Shown: piece by piece, positions 1-8,927 of the stretch
Layout: every line of letters begins with the position of its first letter
Position numbering within the stretch: position 1 is the stretch's first letter
Assembly (NCBI GenBank): GCA_964639105.1
Contig: CAZXBW010000002.1
Location: 1 to 35,042, forward strand
Source: an uncultured Nitrososphaerota archaeon
GTDB lineage: Archaea; Thermoproteota; EX4484-205; JAAOZO01
Direction of reading: 5' to 3'
DNA length: 35,042 nt
Notes under the pieces: generated by a model
Seen by the model: only the letters and a program-made list of their open reading frames with translations
What the model was told of the DNA's origin: nothing
Database searches by the model: none
Translations under genes and position numbers: made by a program

Positions 1-434
1 GATATGGGCTCTTCGTGATCGGAGGATCCCTGGGCATATATGCAGCATTCAACGCGATGGTCCAACTCGGGATAGCGGATCCCCTGTCAGCTCTGTTGAA
101 ACTCAACATACTCGCTGGCGAGTTCCTCAAGAGCTCTTCGCTGTATTTCCTGACTGGAGGCATTGCACTGCAGCTCGGCAGAGCCACTGCTTTCTTCGTC
201 GGCGATTGGGCCGAGTCCAGAGGTCTGACAATATCCTTGGCCGTGATGGCATCGCTCTACCCGCTTGCCCTCGTGCTAGGAGATTTTCTAATAGACCCCA
301 ACCGCTATCTCCAGTCGGTCGTTACGGCTGCCCTTACGAGCACCGCTCTGTCTCTCGTCTCCTTCGCGGTACTCACTGGGATCTACGTCTTGATAGACAG
401 GAGAATCCGACGCCGGCGTGAAGCGGGCAGTTGA
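1..434 (+). CDS. Integral membrane protein, C-terminal part (ORF is open to the window edge)
   Basis: The frame is open from nt 3. There are several hydrophobic helices (GIYAAFNAMVQLGI, LAVMASLYPLALVLG, ALSLVSFAVLTGIYVLI) followed by a basic tail RRIRRRRE. The stop TGA 432-434 overlaps the TTG start of the next gene (TTGA). Confidence 0.5.
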   Translation, partial: YGLFVIGGSLGIYAAFNAMVQLGIADPLSALLKLNILAGEFLKSSSLYFLTGGIALQLGRATAFFVGDWAESRGLTISLAVMASLYPLALVLGDFLIDPNRYLQSVVTAALTSTALSLVSFAVLTGIYVLIDRRIRRRREAGS

Positions 435-1234
435 AATCTCGGGCGCTCAGGCTGATAAGGTCAGTAGCTGACGTCCTGCCGGTCCGAAGCCTCTACGAGG
501 CGGTCCTTCAGAATCAGATTTCTTCCGGGCCCATGCCCTCTCATGTTGGTCTCATACTTGATGGCAACAGAAGGTGGGCTCGAGAACACAACCTCTCGAG
601 TGTAGAGGGGCACAAGGAGGGGGCTAAGAAACTTGAGCAGGTTTTGTCTTGGTTCAGGCAACTGAAGATCGTGACCGTCACGCTCTATGCCTTGTCAACG
701 GAGAACTTGGCGCGACCCCCGGATGAGGTGAAAGGGATTCTGTCTGTCGTTGAACAATACTTGACGAAGGCAATCGAGGATGGAGTGTTCCAGAGGGAGA
801 GGGTCAGAGTGAGATTCTTGGGCGAGAGGGGATTGCTACCGCTCGAGATAACAAAGCTCATGGAAGATCTTGAGAAGAGCACGATGCAGAACAGTGAGTC
901 GTTCCTGAACATCGCCATGGGGTACGGCGGACGGACGGAGATAGTGAACGCTGCCAAAAAAATGGTGACCTTGGCCGCCAATGGGCTGCTCACCCCAGCT
1001 GAGGTGACAGAGGATCTGGTCGGTAGTTTCCTCTATACCGCCCACTTGCCAAACCCAGACCCCGACCTGATAATAAGGACCTCCGGAGAGGTCAGGGTCA
1101 GCAACTTCCTTCTGTGGCAGAGCGCGTACAGTGAACTCTTCTTCTTGGACATCTATTGGCCGGACTTCAGGAAGATTGACCTGCTTAGGGCGATACGCTC
1201 CTATCAGAGAAGAGACAGACGGATGGGAAAATAG
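431..1234 (+). CDS. uppS: Undecaprenyl/polyprenyl diphosphate synthase (cis-prenyltransferase, UppS family)
   Basis: Family motifs HVGLILDGNRRWAREH and IIRTSGEVRVSNFLLWQSAYSELFF are present. The TTG start at 431 forms a TTGA overlap with the upstream stop. An alternative ATG lies at 533. Confidence 0.85.
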   Translation: MKSRALRLIRSVADVLPVRSLYEAVLQNQISSGPMPSHVGLILDGNRRWAREHNLSSVEGHKEGAKKLEQVLSWFRQLKIVTVTLYALSTENLARPPDEVKGILSVVEQYLTKAIEDGVFQRERVRVRFLGERGLLPLEITKLMEDLEKSTMQNSESFLNIAMGYGGRTEIVNAAKKMVTLAANGLLTPAEVTEDLVGSFLYTAHLPNPDPDLIIRTSGEVRVSNFLLWQSAYSELFFLDIYWPDFRKIDLLRAIRSYQRRDRRMGK

Positions 1235-1235
1235 C

Positions 1236-2294
1236 CTAGGTCATGACATCGTGGCCTGTTCCCGTGACCAAGATTGTGTTCTCCCATCTCGCTCCGGTTA
1301 CTCCTCTTATGTATAGGCCTGGTTCAACGGTAATGACATTACCTGAGACCAACTTCTCCGGATTCTTGCTCGAGACGGAAGGCTCTTCATGTATGTCAAG
1401 GCCCACGCCGTGGCCCAGCCCGTGCAAGATGCCTTCAGAGAATCCCGCCGATGAGAGCATGCGATCAGCCTTCTGCCCCAATTCGTCTATCTTGATTCCA
1501 GGTGCCACAGCTTCCGCGCAGGCATCGTAGGCGCTCTTCACGGAATCAAACACCTTTCGGTTTTGGCCATCTGAAGACCCCACCAGCGCAGTCCTCGTTG
1601 TGTCGGACTTGTAGTGCTCCACGTCAGCACCGAGGTCTATGACGACTAGTTCCCCGTCCACAACTTTCTTCCCTGTCGGCAGAGCATGCGGCAGTGAAGC
1701 CCTCCAACCGGAGCCAATCGATGTTCTGAATGCAAACTCATCCGCCCCTTTCTCCAACATTGCGCACTCGGCTGACATGGCGATGTCCTTCTCCGATACG
1801 CCAGCTTTTGTCCGCTCCAGCGCCGCCCGCATTCCCTCCCTAGCCAGTTCACCGCTCCTTCTCATAAGGCGGATCTCCTCCTCATCCTTGATTGCTCTGA
1901 TCCTTTGGACCATGTTATTTCCTGACTTCACCAAGGCAGGGCACCCCACTCCGGATCTGCCCTCCAGAGGCAAGACATCATCGGCCTCCACGTACGCGTC
2001 TCGGGCCGTCGTGATCCTCCTTTTCAGTTCTTCGAAGATCTCCGCTTCGCTTCGTCCGGTGAACACTTCAACCTCGTCAGATTCCGCGAGGAAGAAGTCC
2101 AACTTGGATCCGAAGACGGACAGATCACCAGACCTGGAGACAGAGAGGACGGTTCGACCCATCGGCCAGACGCCGATGAGATAGAATACGTTGGAGGTCT
2201 CAGATAGCAGGAGTCTGTCAACCGAGGTCTGCTGTAGCAGGTGTGTGAGCTTTCCCAACCTTTCCTTGTTCGGTTGAACTCGAACCAGTTGCAT
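1236..2294 (-). CDS. Xaa-Pro aminopeptidase/dipeptidase, M24 family
   Basis: The M24 pita-bread metal-ligand region is present (VVIDLGADVEHYKSDTTRT, HGLGHGVGLDIHEEP, NVITVEPGLY). The N-terminal creatinase-like region reads DRLLLSETSNVFYLIG. Confidence 0.85.
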   Translation of the reverse strand: MQLVRVQPNKERLGKLTHLLQQTSVDRLLLSETSNVFYLIGVWPMGRTVLSVSRSGDLSVFGSKLDFFLAESDEVEVFTGRSEAEIFEELKRRITTARDAYVEADDVLPLEGRSGVGCPALVKSGNNMVQRIRAIKDEEEIRLMRRSGELAREGMRAALERTKAGVSEKDIAMSAECAMLEKGADEFAFRTSIGSGWRASLPHALPTGKKVVDGELVVIDLGADVEHYKSDTTRTALVGSSDGQNRKVFDSVKSAYDACAEAVAPGIKIDELGQKADRMLSSAGFSEGILHGLGHGVGLDIHEEPSVSSKNPEKLVSGNVITVEPGLYIRGVTGARWENTILVTGTGHDVMT

Positions 2295-2790
2295 CTTCTC
2301 TTCGCTTCAGCAGCTCTTCCATCTCCCTTTTAACTGATTTGGTGTCGCGGCACCCCAGAAGCTTGTTGAATCTGTCCGTCGTCGTCAGCATCGAAGTCCT
2401 GCCGACCTTGGCGGCTTCGACATAGCCTGCCCTCACAAGCTCTTTCACGTGCCCATACGAGTGTCTGCCCCTGATTTGGACCACCATTGACTGCACAATT
2501 GGTTGTTCTACCGCTATGACGGAGAGCGTCTTGGAGGCTCCCTTTGATATCGGGAGGCCAGCGGAGACTTTCTTAGCATGCTCAAAGTACTTGGGCCTCA
2601 CCTGCATGATGTATCGCTCAGCACCGAGTTGCACTATCTCGACTCCCCCCTTCCTGTGCGCATACTCCCCGACAAGGCTCTGAACGCAGGCATCAACGAT
2701 TTCTCCCTTGGATCTCAGAGCCTTCGCCATTTCTTCGGTTGATAGCGGTCTCCCTGCCGCAAACAGCAGAGCCTCGACCGATGCCTTCAT
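2218..2790 (-). CDS. scpB: Segregation and condensation protein B (kite subunit of SMC-ScpAB)
   Basis: The N-terminus VEALLFAAGRPLSTEEMAKAL is typical of ScpB. A second winged helix reads ASKTLSVIAVEQPIVQSMVVQIRG. The gene lies directly downstream of scpA. I prefer ATG 2790, which forms an ATGA overlap with the scpA stop. The ORF also extends to a TTG at 2823. Confidence 0.8.
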   Translation of the reverse strand: MKASVEALLFAAGRPLSTEEMAKALRSKGEIVDACVQSLVGEYAHRKGGVEIVQLGAERYIMQVRPKYFEHAKKVSAGLPISKGASKTLSVIAVEQPIVQSMVVQIRGRHSYGHVKELVRAGYVEAAKVGRTSMLTTTDRFNKLLGCRDTKSVKREMEELLKRREDATGSSSTEQGKVGKAHTPATADLG

Positions 2791-3443
2791 GCCCTCGCTG
2801 GCTGGTTTGTGCTCACTATCCAAAACTGTTCCCCCTTCTTCTCTATTTCGTAGTCCATTGAGCTGAGCACGAACAAGAGTATGATGAATGTCCTAACCAT
2901 CTCGATGTAATCTAGGCCTTCAAACAGTTCCAGTACATCGATCCTCCCGGTGCTCCTCGTAGCGGAGGCAATTCTGTCTCCTAGGGCTTTCACCCTGTTC
3001 TCAACATCCTCCAGAAACAGGTCAGGAACGATCAGGTCCTCCGCGACCTCGGTGCTGCCCACGAACAGTTTCCTTTCCCTCAACGCCCTAGTCAGCAGCT
3101 CCACGAGATCCGAGAACAGTTCAGTCGAGTCGACCACCGGATGTGCTGTCCTCACGGGCAGGTCGATGGGCAGAACAAGTCGATCGTACACTACGGGCTC
3201 CCCTTTGTCCTCGGGTGATCTGGGTGGTTCTTCGAGCTTCAGCAATTCCTCAGTCTTCCTCCTGAATATTATCGCCGATGACAAGAGAGCTACGCCCGAT
3301 CGCTCGAAATCGACATAGCCTCCGGTCCTTATCTGGCTCAGCAGACCCCTTATCGCGGCTGCTATGTCCAGATCCCATACCCTGGCCTTGTAGACGCTGA
3401 GAATGTCGAAAAGCACGTTGAAAGCGGTGGTGACAGAACTCAC
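2787..3443 (-). CDS. scpA: Segregation and condensation protein A (kleisin of SMC-ScpAB)
   Basis: The 218-aa ORF sits between smc and scpB. Its N-terminus is kleisin-like (AFNVLFDILSVYKARVWDLDIAAAI) and its C-terminal winged-helix region reads MVRTFIILLFVLSSMDYEIEKKGEQFWIV. The GTG start forms a GTGA overlap with the smc stop. Confidence 0.75.
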   Translation of the reverse strand: MSSVTTAFNVLFDILSVYKARVWDLDIAAAIRGLLSQIRTGGYVDFERSGVALLSSAIIFRRKTEELLKLEEPPRSPEDKGEPVVYDRLVLPIDLPVRTAHPVVDSTELFSDLVELLTRALRERKLFVGSTEVAEDLIVPDLFLEDVENRVKALGDRIASATRSTGRIDVLELFEGLDYIEMVRTFIILLFVLSSMDYEIEKKGEQFWIVSTNQPARA

Positions 3444-6400
3444 TTTCTCACCCTCTGGCTCGCGACGATCGGCATCTCCATGGCCTTTGATCTACCACCC
3501 TTGATGTAGGTACCTATCAACTTGTCAGCCCCGATGGCCACAACGTCCTTTAGGGAGATGACGAGCAGTTGAGATCCCGATGCACGCATAGAGACCAGCT
3601 TCAGGTAGTTCTGTACATTCCTGGCATCGAGGTGTGCGTCTATTTCGTCGAAGAAGTAGAACGGAGCCGGTCTCAACTGTTGGAGGGCGAATATGAGGCA
3701 GAGGGCAGTCACGGACTTCTCTCCGCCGCTCGACCCGTATACCAACCTCGTCTCCTTTCCCGGGAACTGAACCATGATGCTCAATCCACCTTGGAATGGG
3801 TCTTCGGGCCTTTCGCACTCCAATCTGGCAGATCCGCTGGTGACTTCGTTGAAGTACTCACCAAAACCCTTGTTGACGGTCTGCAATGCCTGAAGGAACG
3901 CCTCTCTCTTGTTACGCTCTATCTCGGCAATCAGATCCAAGATGGCCTTCTTCTCCTCTTCGAGAGTGTTCAGCCTCTGAGAGATCAAGATGTAGTTCTG
4001 AGCCTGTTGGTCGTACTGCTCTCGCGCCAGCTGATTGACCAAGCCCATGCCAACCAGGTCGGACTCCAACTCCTTCACCAGAGTGTCGCAATGCTCTGAG
4101 TCTAGGCTTTCTAGGCTCAACAGCTTTGGCTCCCCTAGAGAGCTGAGTTTCTCCTTGATAGAAGCCATCTCGGTCTCAATCTCGTATTTTCTTCGTTGAG
4201 AGTCGCCTGACTTCGATTGAAGTTCTCTGAACTTCGCGTCGATTTCTTCCATCTGATCCTCAGCTTTCCTGAGCTCACCTGCCAAACGATCTCTGCGTTC
4301 GTCTGCCGATGGTGCGGCTTCTGTCGATTCCTTGAGCTTGTTCTGCAGCTGGGATATTTCTCTGTCGAGATTGCTTCTTGCGTCGGAAAGTTGCCTGATC
4401 TTGACATCTGCCTCTCTCAGAAGATCTGCAGTGCCCGAAATCCTGTCGGTGATCCTCTTTCTATTCTGGATGAGCTCATTCTTCTCCTTCTCCGTCTCGA
4501 TGATCCTCTTCTTCATGTCTCCGAGCTCAGCTTCAATGGCCCGTATCTCCGCATCGAGCTTGGAGGCCCTCCTCTCCGATGAGTTCGTCAGGTTAGTCAT
4601 CTGGGACCTTCTTAACGAGAGATCCTTCCTGACCGCGAGAGTGTCTGTGAGCTTCTTGTTGAGGCTCTTGACCCTCAGATCGATGTCTCTTCGGTTCTTC
4701 CTGAGGGAAAGAATCCGCGCCCTCAGTCCATTGAGCCTCTTCTCTTCTGTCAGCATCTGACCTTCCTCAGCCTTCATTTTGTCCGTGATCTCGTTCAGCA
4801 CCCTGGATGCCGCATTTCTGACCTCCATCACCCTCTCAAGCCAAGAGCTGGCCTCTGTGATGCCCTGTTTCAAGTCGACAATGTTCTTCGAGAGTATCTC
4901 TTCTCTCAGTCTTCTTGCTTCGTAGAGGTCTGCCTCGAGATTTCGGAGTGTCTCAAGGAGTGACGATGGTTTCGCGGCACGTGTTGCTCGCAATCTGGCA
5001 GAGTTCCTCCCGCCAAGGACGAGGCCATCCTTCGTGACTACGCTGAATCCCTTTCCCGAAGCCAGGGCGGCGTCGGTCGAGTCGGACGCCAGTATGAAAT
5101 CTCCTATCCTCGAGTCCAAGAATTCCCCCAGCTCCGGAGGGAATTCCACCATGTCTATCAGCCGGTTATCTCCCTCTTTGTGTATCTCCTTGGGCTCACC
5201 CTCTTTCACCAGCCAAGCCGAGGAGACGCCCACATTTAGAAGCGATATCGAAATAGATGAGGGATCCTCATCCTTTCCGATGACTATCGCATCAGACCAT
5301 TCTCCCAGAGCAGCTGCCAGTGCGGGCTCAACGTCGGGCCTGCATCGCACGAGGTTTTTCAGCAGACCCACGACTGGGATTCCTGCTTCTCTGAGGACAA
5401 GCTCGACCACGTGCGGATCTGATGTTCCGAGTTCAAATGATTCGTCAAGTCTGCCTCTGACCCTCTCCGCTGCGACCTCTAGTTTGGCCATGAGATCCCT
5501 GATCATAATCTCTCCTCTTTCGAGCTTCTCGGCCTTCGCCAAGCTGTTCGCCAGATCTGATCCGAAAGTCTGAGCTTCGCTCGCTATCATCTTCAATCTG
5601 GAAGTCAGCCTGTCCGCTCTTGCCTTCCACCTAAGATACCTCCTCGCATGCAACCTTCTGGCCCCCGATGCCGATCGCTCTTCGCGTTCGAGTTCGCCTA
5701 TTTGTTCGCTGGTTTTCTGCATCTCGAAATCCGCTTGCGATGATTCAGACTGCAGATGAGGGAGCACGCTTTCCACGTCCGCCAGCCTCCTCTGGAGAGA
5801 GTCGGCCTCCCTTCTTCTCGACTCGATGGTCCGCCTGAGTCTATCTCTCTGAGGCAACAGCCTCAGTTGTCTGTTATCCAAGATCCTCGCGCGGGCTTTG
5901 GTGATCTCAGTCCTTCTGCGGAGGCTTCTTATCGTGAGTGATGCCTTTTTCCTATGCATTCTGTCCTCTGCTATCTTGGCTGCCAGATCCTTCTTGTTGC
6001 CTTTGGCCTGCTGAAGAGTCCATTCAGATCGCCCGAGCTCTCCCATCTTGTTCGTTAGCATTCCGGTGAGTTCTGCCGACGTGATCTCAGATGGAGCCTG
6101 TCTGGTCTTATCGATTTCAAGAATGCCATCAAGCAAGATCTTGCGTTGTTCCGTCACTCTCTTCCTTTCTTCGGCTATTCTTTCAAGATCTGACGATAAC
6201 ACATCTGTCTCGGCTGTTATTTCCCCGAATCTCGACTCTCTGCGTCTGAGGTTCTCTAGAAGTATGTGTCTCTTCAATTCATCCGCGACCTCCCTCAAGG
6301 TGTTGAACGCAGTGGCTCGGTTGAACTCGTGCTCGAGTTGCTCGATCCTATTCCTGACTTCGTCGAGCCTGCTCATGGCAACCTTGAGATTCACGTCAGC

Positions 6401-6943
6401 TTCCTTCAGCTCTTCCTCCGCTTGCTTCCTTCTTTCGTCGAAGCTCGAGATGCCCACGGCCTCCTCTATCATTGCTCTGACCTCCTCTGGGCTCTTCTCG
6501 GATATCCGCGAGATCTCTCCTTGGACGACGATGTTGTAGCCTCGCGAACTCAGACCAGCCATGCTCAGCGTGTTCATCACGATTCCTCTCTGCGCTCTCC
6601 TTCTATTCAGGAAGTACTTGCTCTCACCCTTGTCGTCTATGTATCTGGTTATGACTATCTCGTCCTCCTGTGCGGGGATCCTTCTGTCGTGATTGTCTAT
6701 CACCATTCTGACATAATACTTCTGTCCCTTCCCCCTTGCGTTGTCCGATATCAGGCTGGCCAACTTGTCCGCTCTAAGGGCTCTCGTGGAGTTCTCGCCC
6801 ATCACGAACCTGACCGCATCTATCAGGTTGCTTTTCCCAGATCCGTTGGGCCCAGTGATCACACTCAGGCCAGGTGAGAGTCGGATGACAGTCTTGTCCG
6901 AGAATGATTTGAAGCCCTTCAGTTCCAGCCTTGATATGTACAT
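3440..6943 (-). CDS. smc: Chromosome segregation protein SMC (canonical, with hinge)
   Basis: The protein is 1167 aa with Walker A GPNGSGKSN and long coiled-coil arms. A central hinge-like globular region lies around GIPVVGLLKNLVRCRPDVEPALAAALGEW. The signature is SSGGEKSVTAL and Walker B is FYFFDEIDAHLD. Confidence 0.95.
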   Translation of the reverse strand: MYISRLELKGFKSFSDKTVIRLSPGLSVITGPNGSGKSNLIDAVRFVMGENSTRALRADKLASLISDNARGKGQKYYVRMVIDNHDRRIPAQEDEIVITRYIDDKGESKYFLNRRRAQRGIVMNTLSMAGLSSRGYNIVVQGEISRISEKSPEEVRAMIEEAVGISSFDERRKQAEEELKEADVNLKVAMSRLDEVRNRIEQLEHEFNRATAFNTLREVADELKRHILLENLRRRESRFGEITAETDVLSSDLERIAEERKRVTEQRKILLDGILEIDKTRQAPSEITSAELTGMLTNKMGELGRSEWTLQQAKGNKKDLAAKIAEDRMHRKKASLTIRSLRRRTEITKARARILDNRQLRLLPQRDRLRRTIESRRREADSLQRRLADVESVLPHLQSESSQADFEMQKTSEQIGELEREERSASGARRLHARRYLRWKARADRLTSRLKMIASEAQTFGSDLANSLAKAEKLERGEIMIRDLMAKLEVAAERVRGRLDESFELGTSDPHVVELVLREAGIPVVGLLKNLVRCRPDVEPALAAALGEWSDAIVIGKDEDPSSISISLLNVGVSSAWLVKEGEPKEIHKEGDNRLIDMVEFPPELGEFLDSRIGDFILASDSTDAALASGKGFSVVTKDGLVLGGRNSARLRATRAAKPSSLLETLRNLEADLYEARRLREEILSKNIVDLKQGITEASSWLERVMEVRNAASRVLNEITDKMKAEEGQMLTEEKRLNGLRARILSLRKNRRDIDLRVKSLNKKLTDTLAVRKDLSLRRSQMTNLTNSSERRASKLDAEIRAIEAELGDMKKRIIETEKEKNELIQNRKRITDRISGTADLLREADVKIRQLSDARSNLDREISQLQNKLKESTEAAPSADERRDRLAGELRKAEDQMEEIDAKFRELQSKSGDSQRRKYEIETEMASIKEKLSSLGEPKLLSLESLDSEHCDTLVKELESDLVGMGLVNQLAREQYDQQAQNYILISQRLNTLEEEKKAILDLIAEIERNKREAFLQALQTVNKGFGEYFNEVTSGSARLECERPEDPFQGGLSIMVQFPGKETRLVYGSSGGEKSVTALCLIFALQQLRPAPFYFFDEIDAHLDARNVQNYLKLVSMRASGSQLLVISLKDVVAIGADKLIGTYIKGGRSKAMEMPIVASQRVRK

Positions 6944-6964
6944 TTCCGACTACTTTTCCACGAG

Positions 6965-7795
6965 CTATGGCATCATGCCTCTCAACGCCTTAAGATACTT
7001 GCGGGTGTTATCAAGCTCATCCCCTGGGCTTTCGTTCTCCAGTGATACCACCCCTTCGTACCCCAAGTTCGCCAGCTTCCTCATGAACCTAGGCACATCT
7101 GTCTTTCCCTCGCCTGGACCCACTATGGCATACTTTTTGGAATCTCTTCCGACGAAAGTCTCTTCGTCATCCGGCTTGGCAAGTCGGAAATCCTTCATGT
7201 GGACGTGAAGGACGTGCTCGAAAACCTTGTCAATGGCTGAATTGGCGTCATCTCCAGCGGGCACGAAATTGCCGACATCGAAATTCAACCCCAGATGGGG
7301 CGAGGCGACCCTGCCCAGTATGTCCATCAACTGTGACGCAGTGCCGTATAACTCACCGTGATTCTCAAGGGCTAGCTTGATGCCGTGTTCTCCTGCGTAG
7401 TCTGCCCCAACTGAGAGCCCTTCTAACATCCGGTTCATGGTATCGGCATTCGACATTCCTTTCCTTGGTTCTGCGCCGAAGACCCTGACGATACGGGTGT
7501 TCAACCTGCCGGCGACATCAACCCCCCTCCGCACTTCGTCCAATGCCTTCTGAAAATCTGGACGGTTCGTCGCGCCAAAGTCATTTCCGACATCATAGGC
7601 CGAGACGGACAACCCTAGGTCACGGACGAGGCTGGTGATGCCTCTGATGTCCTCGTCACTTTCCTTCCAGAACACATTGAGCAACTCGATGTCGCCGATG
7701 CCGAGGGCATGGGAAGTGTGCGCAAATTCGGCGACATTCATCTTACCTTGCTCTGAGATCCTGTGGAAACTCCACATGCTGACGCCCAATCTCAT
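6965..7795 (-). CDS. Sugar phosphate isomerase/epimerase (xylose isomerase-like TIM barrel)
   Basis: The sequence MRLGVSMWSF...IELL...RIVRVFGA...LALENHGE...LNFDVGNF...VHMKD shows the typical AP-endonuclease-2/xylose-isomerase-like barrel pattern. I use ATG 7795. The longer 366-aa ORF that runs to 8065 would overlap the rps8e gene. Confidence 0.7.
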   Translation of the reverse strand: MRLGVSMWSFHRISEQGKMNVAEFAHTSHALGIGDIELLNVFWKESDEDIRGITSLVRDLGLSVSAYDVGNDFGATNRPDFQKALDEVRRGVDVAGRLNTRIVRVFGAEPRKGMSNADTMNRMLEGLSVGADYAGEHGIKLALENHGELYGTASQLMDILGRVASPHLGLNFDVGNFVPAGDDANSAIDKVFEHVLHVHMKDFRLAKPDDEETFVGRDSKKYAIVGPGEGKTDVPRFMRKLANLGYEGVVSLENESPGDELDNTRKYLKALRGMMP

Positions 7796-7896
7796 GAGGT
7801 GGAGATGGACAGCTCCCTGCTGATTAAGTTTTTTTTGAGCTTTGACCGTGGAGGGAGTCCTTTCTTGCGCATCCCATGCACATTTGGCCTCCAAAG

Positions 7897-7904
7897 TCTT
7901 ATCT
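7897..7904 (+). promoter_or_regulatory. TATA-like box (TCTTATCT) about 27 nt upstream of the rps8e ATG, implying a leaderless or short-leader transcript
   Basis: This is an A/T-rich octamer centred about 27 nt upstream of ATG 7928. The spacing matches archaeal TATA-to-TSS geometry. Confidence 0.35.
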
Positions 7905-7927
7905 AGGGCACGGTCGTTCGCCAAGCC

Positions 7928-8329
7928 ATGACGATATATCACGTCAACCTCAAGAAGAAAAAGAGGACCGGCGGAGCCCGCACTCCGCAGAGGAGAAGGC
8001 GGGAATACGAGATCGGGCGCGGTCCTACGGAGACCAAGATCTCCGAGGGAGAAGAGGTTGTCCAAGAACTGAGGGTTTTCGGGGCCAACACGAAACTGAG
8101 GGTCAAGGCCACCAGCCTGATCAACGTGAGCTCCAAGGATGGAAAGACCGTAAGGGTGAAGATACTGGGACTCACCGAGAACTCCTCTAACCCGCTGTAC
8201 TCCAGAAGAGGTATCATCACCAAGGGTGCCGTCGTGAAGTCGACTGCTGGGCTAGTCAAGGTCACCTCCAAGCCAGGTAGGGACGGAACATTGAGTGGGG
8301 TGCTCCTTGAGGAAGCAGGAGCCGCATGA
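7928..8329 (+). CDS. rps8e: 30S ribosomal protein S8e
   Basis: The S8e pattern is present: KKKRTGGARTPQRRRREYEIGRGPTETKI...VFGANTKLRV...ENSSNPLYSRRGIITKGAVV...VTSKPGRDGTLSGVLL. Confidence 0.9.
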   Translation: MTIYHVNLKKKKRTGGARTPQRRRREYEIGRGPTETKISEGEEVVQELRVFGANTKLRVKATSLINVSSKDGKTVRVKILGLTENSSNPLYSRRGIITKGAVVKSTAGLVKVTSKPGRDGTLSGVLLEEAGAA

Positions 8330-8634
8330 AGAGATTCAGTAAAGATCCTTACAGGATAGTATACCCTCAATACTTTGACTCAAAGAGATCACGACAGAGT
8401 GGGAGAAGGGTGAAGAGATCCGCGGCGGTTCCGCTTCCGAAGGAGGTCGAGCTGAGAGCCGCTGCCGAGAGCCTGAAACTCAAGTTCGAGATGCAGACCG
8501 ACAAATCGTATCCGAAGGACACCACCAGAGCTCCTTGCAGACTCATCGTGTTCACGGCTGAGCCCAAGTCCAAGATCATCATGCAGTTGGCAAAGAAGCT
8601 GAGCGAGATGAGAGGGCAATCGAAGCAAACTTGA
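8326..8634 (+). CDS. srp19: Signal recognition particle protein SRP19
   Basis: The SRP19 signature IVYPQYFDSKRSRQSGRRVKRSAAVPLP...KSYPKD is present. The start forms an ATGA overlap with the rps8e stop. Confidence 0.85.
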   Translation: MKRFSKDPYRIVYPQYFDSKRSRQSGRRVKRSAAVPLPKEVELRAAAESLKLKFEMQTDKSYPKDTTRAPCRLIVFTAEPKSKIIMQLAKKLSEMRGQSKQT

Positions 8635-8669
8635 ATGATTATATACACGTATGAGTTTCGAGACTTGCG

Positions 8670-8927
8670 TTGCCTGGGGGGGCGAAACTCGTGGACATCG
8701 GAGAGGTCGATGGCCCAACAGCCCAAAGGAAGTACTTGGTCAAACTCATCAAAGTACCTAGAATAGGCGATAGGCTGTATGATTCTGCAGCCAATCAGGT
8801 GGCGGTCGTGAGGGACGTGATAGGAAACGTCAAGCGACCCGTGGCAATCGTCGAAGCCGCACGAAGCGACTATGTCCTGAAGGGAACGATGCGGTTGTTT
8901 GTTCAGAAAAGCAGGGGTGCAAGATGA
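8670..8927 (+). CDS. gar1: H/ACA ribonucleoprotein complex subunit Gar1
   Basis: The small beta-barrel pattern YLVKLIKVPRIGDRLYDSAANQVAVVRDVIGNVKRPVAIVE parallels archaeal Gar1 (..VGIVKDVFGPVKMPYVAIK..). The gene sits immediately upstream of tfb, as in many Euryarchaeota. The start is uncertain: TTG 8670 or GTG 8691. Confidence 0.7.
   Translation: MPGGAKLVDIGEVDGPTAQRKYLVKLIKVPRIGDRLYDSAANQVAVVRDVIGNVKRPVAIVEAARSDYVLKGTMRLFVQKSRGAR

Noticed and set aside
3569-6877. Multiple 120-200-aa plus-strand ORFs inside smc (3569..4099, 4217..4760, 5034..5573, 6048..6539, 6266..6877)
   Set aside because: The reverse strand of a long coiled-coil gene rich in GAR and AAR codons naturally stays open. The translated products are Ser/Leu/Phe-rich and show no motifs.
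6965-8065. The 366-aa extended version of the sugar phosphate isomerase ORF
   Set aside because: The first 90 codons are low-complexity and overlap the well-supported rps8e gene on the opposite strand. The conserved TIM-barrel sequence begins at MRLGVSMWSF (ATG 7795), which has an A/T-rich element about 30 nt upstream.
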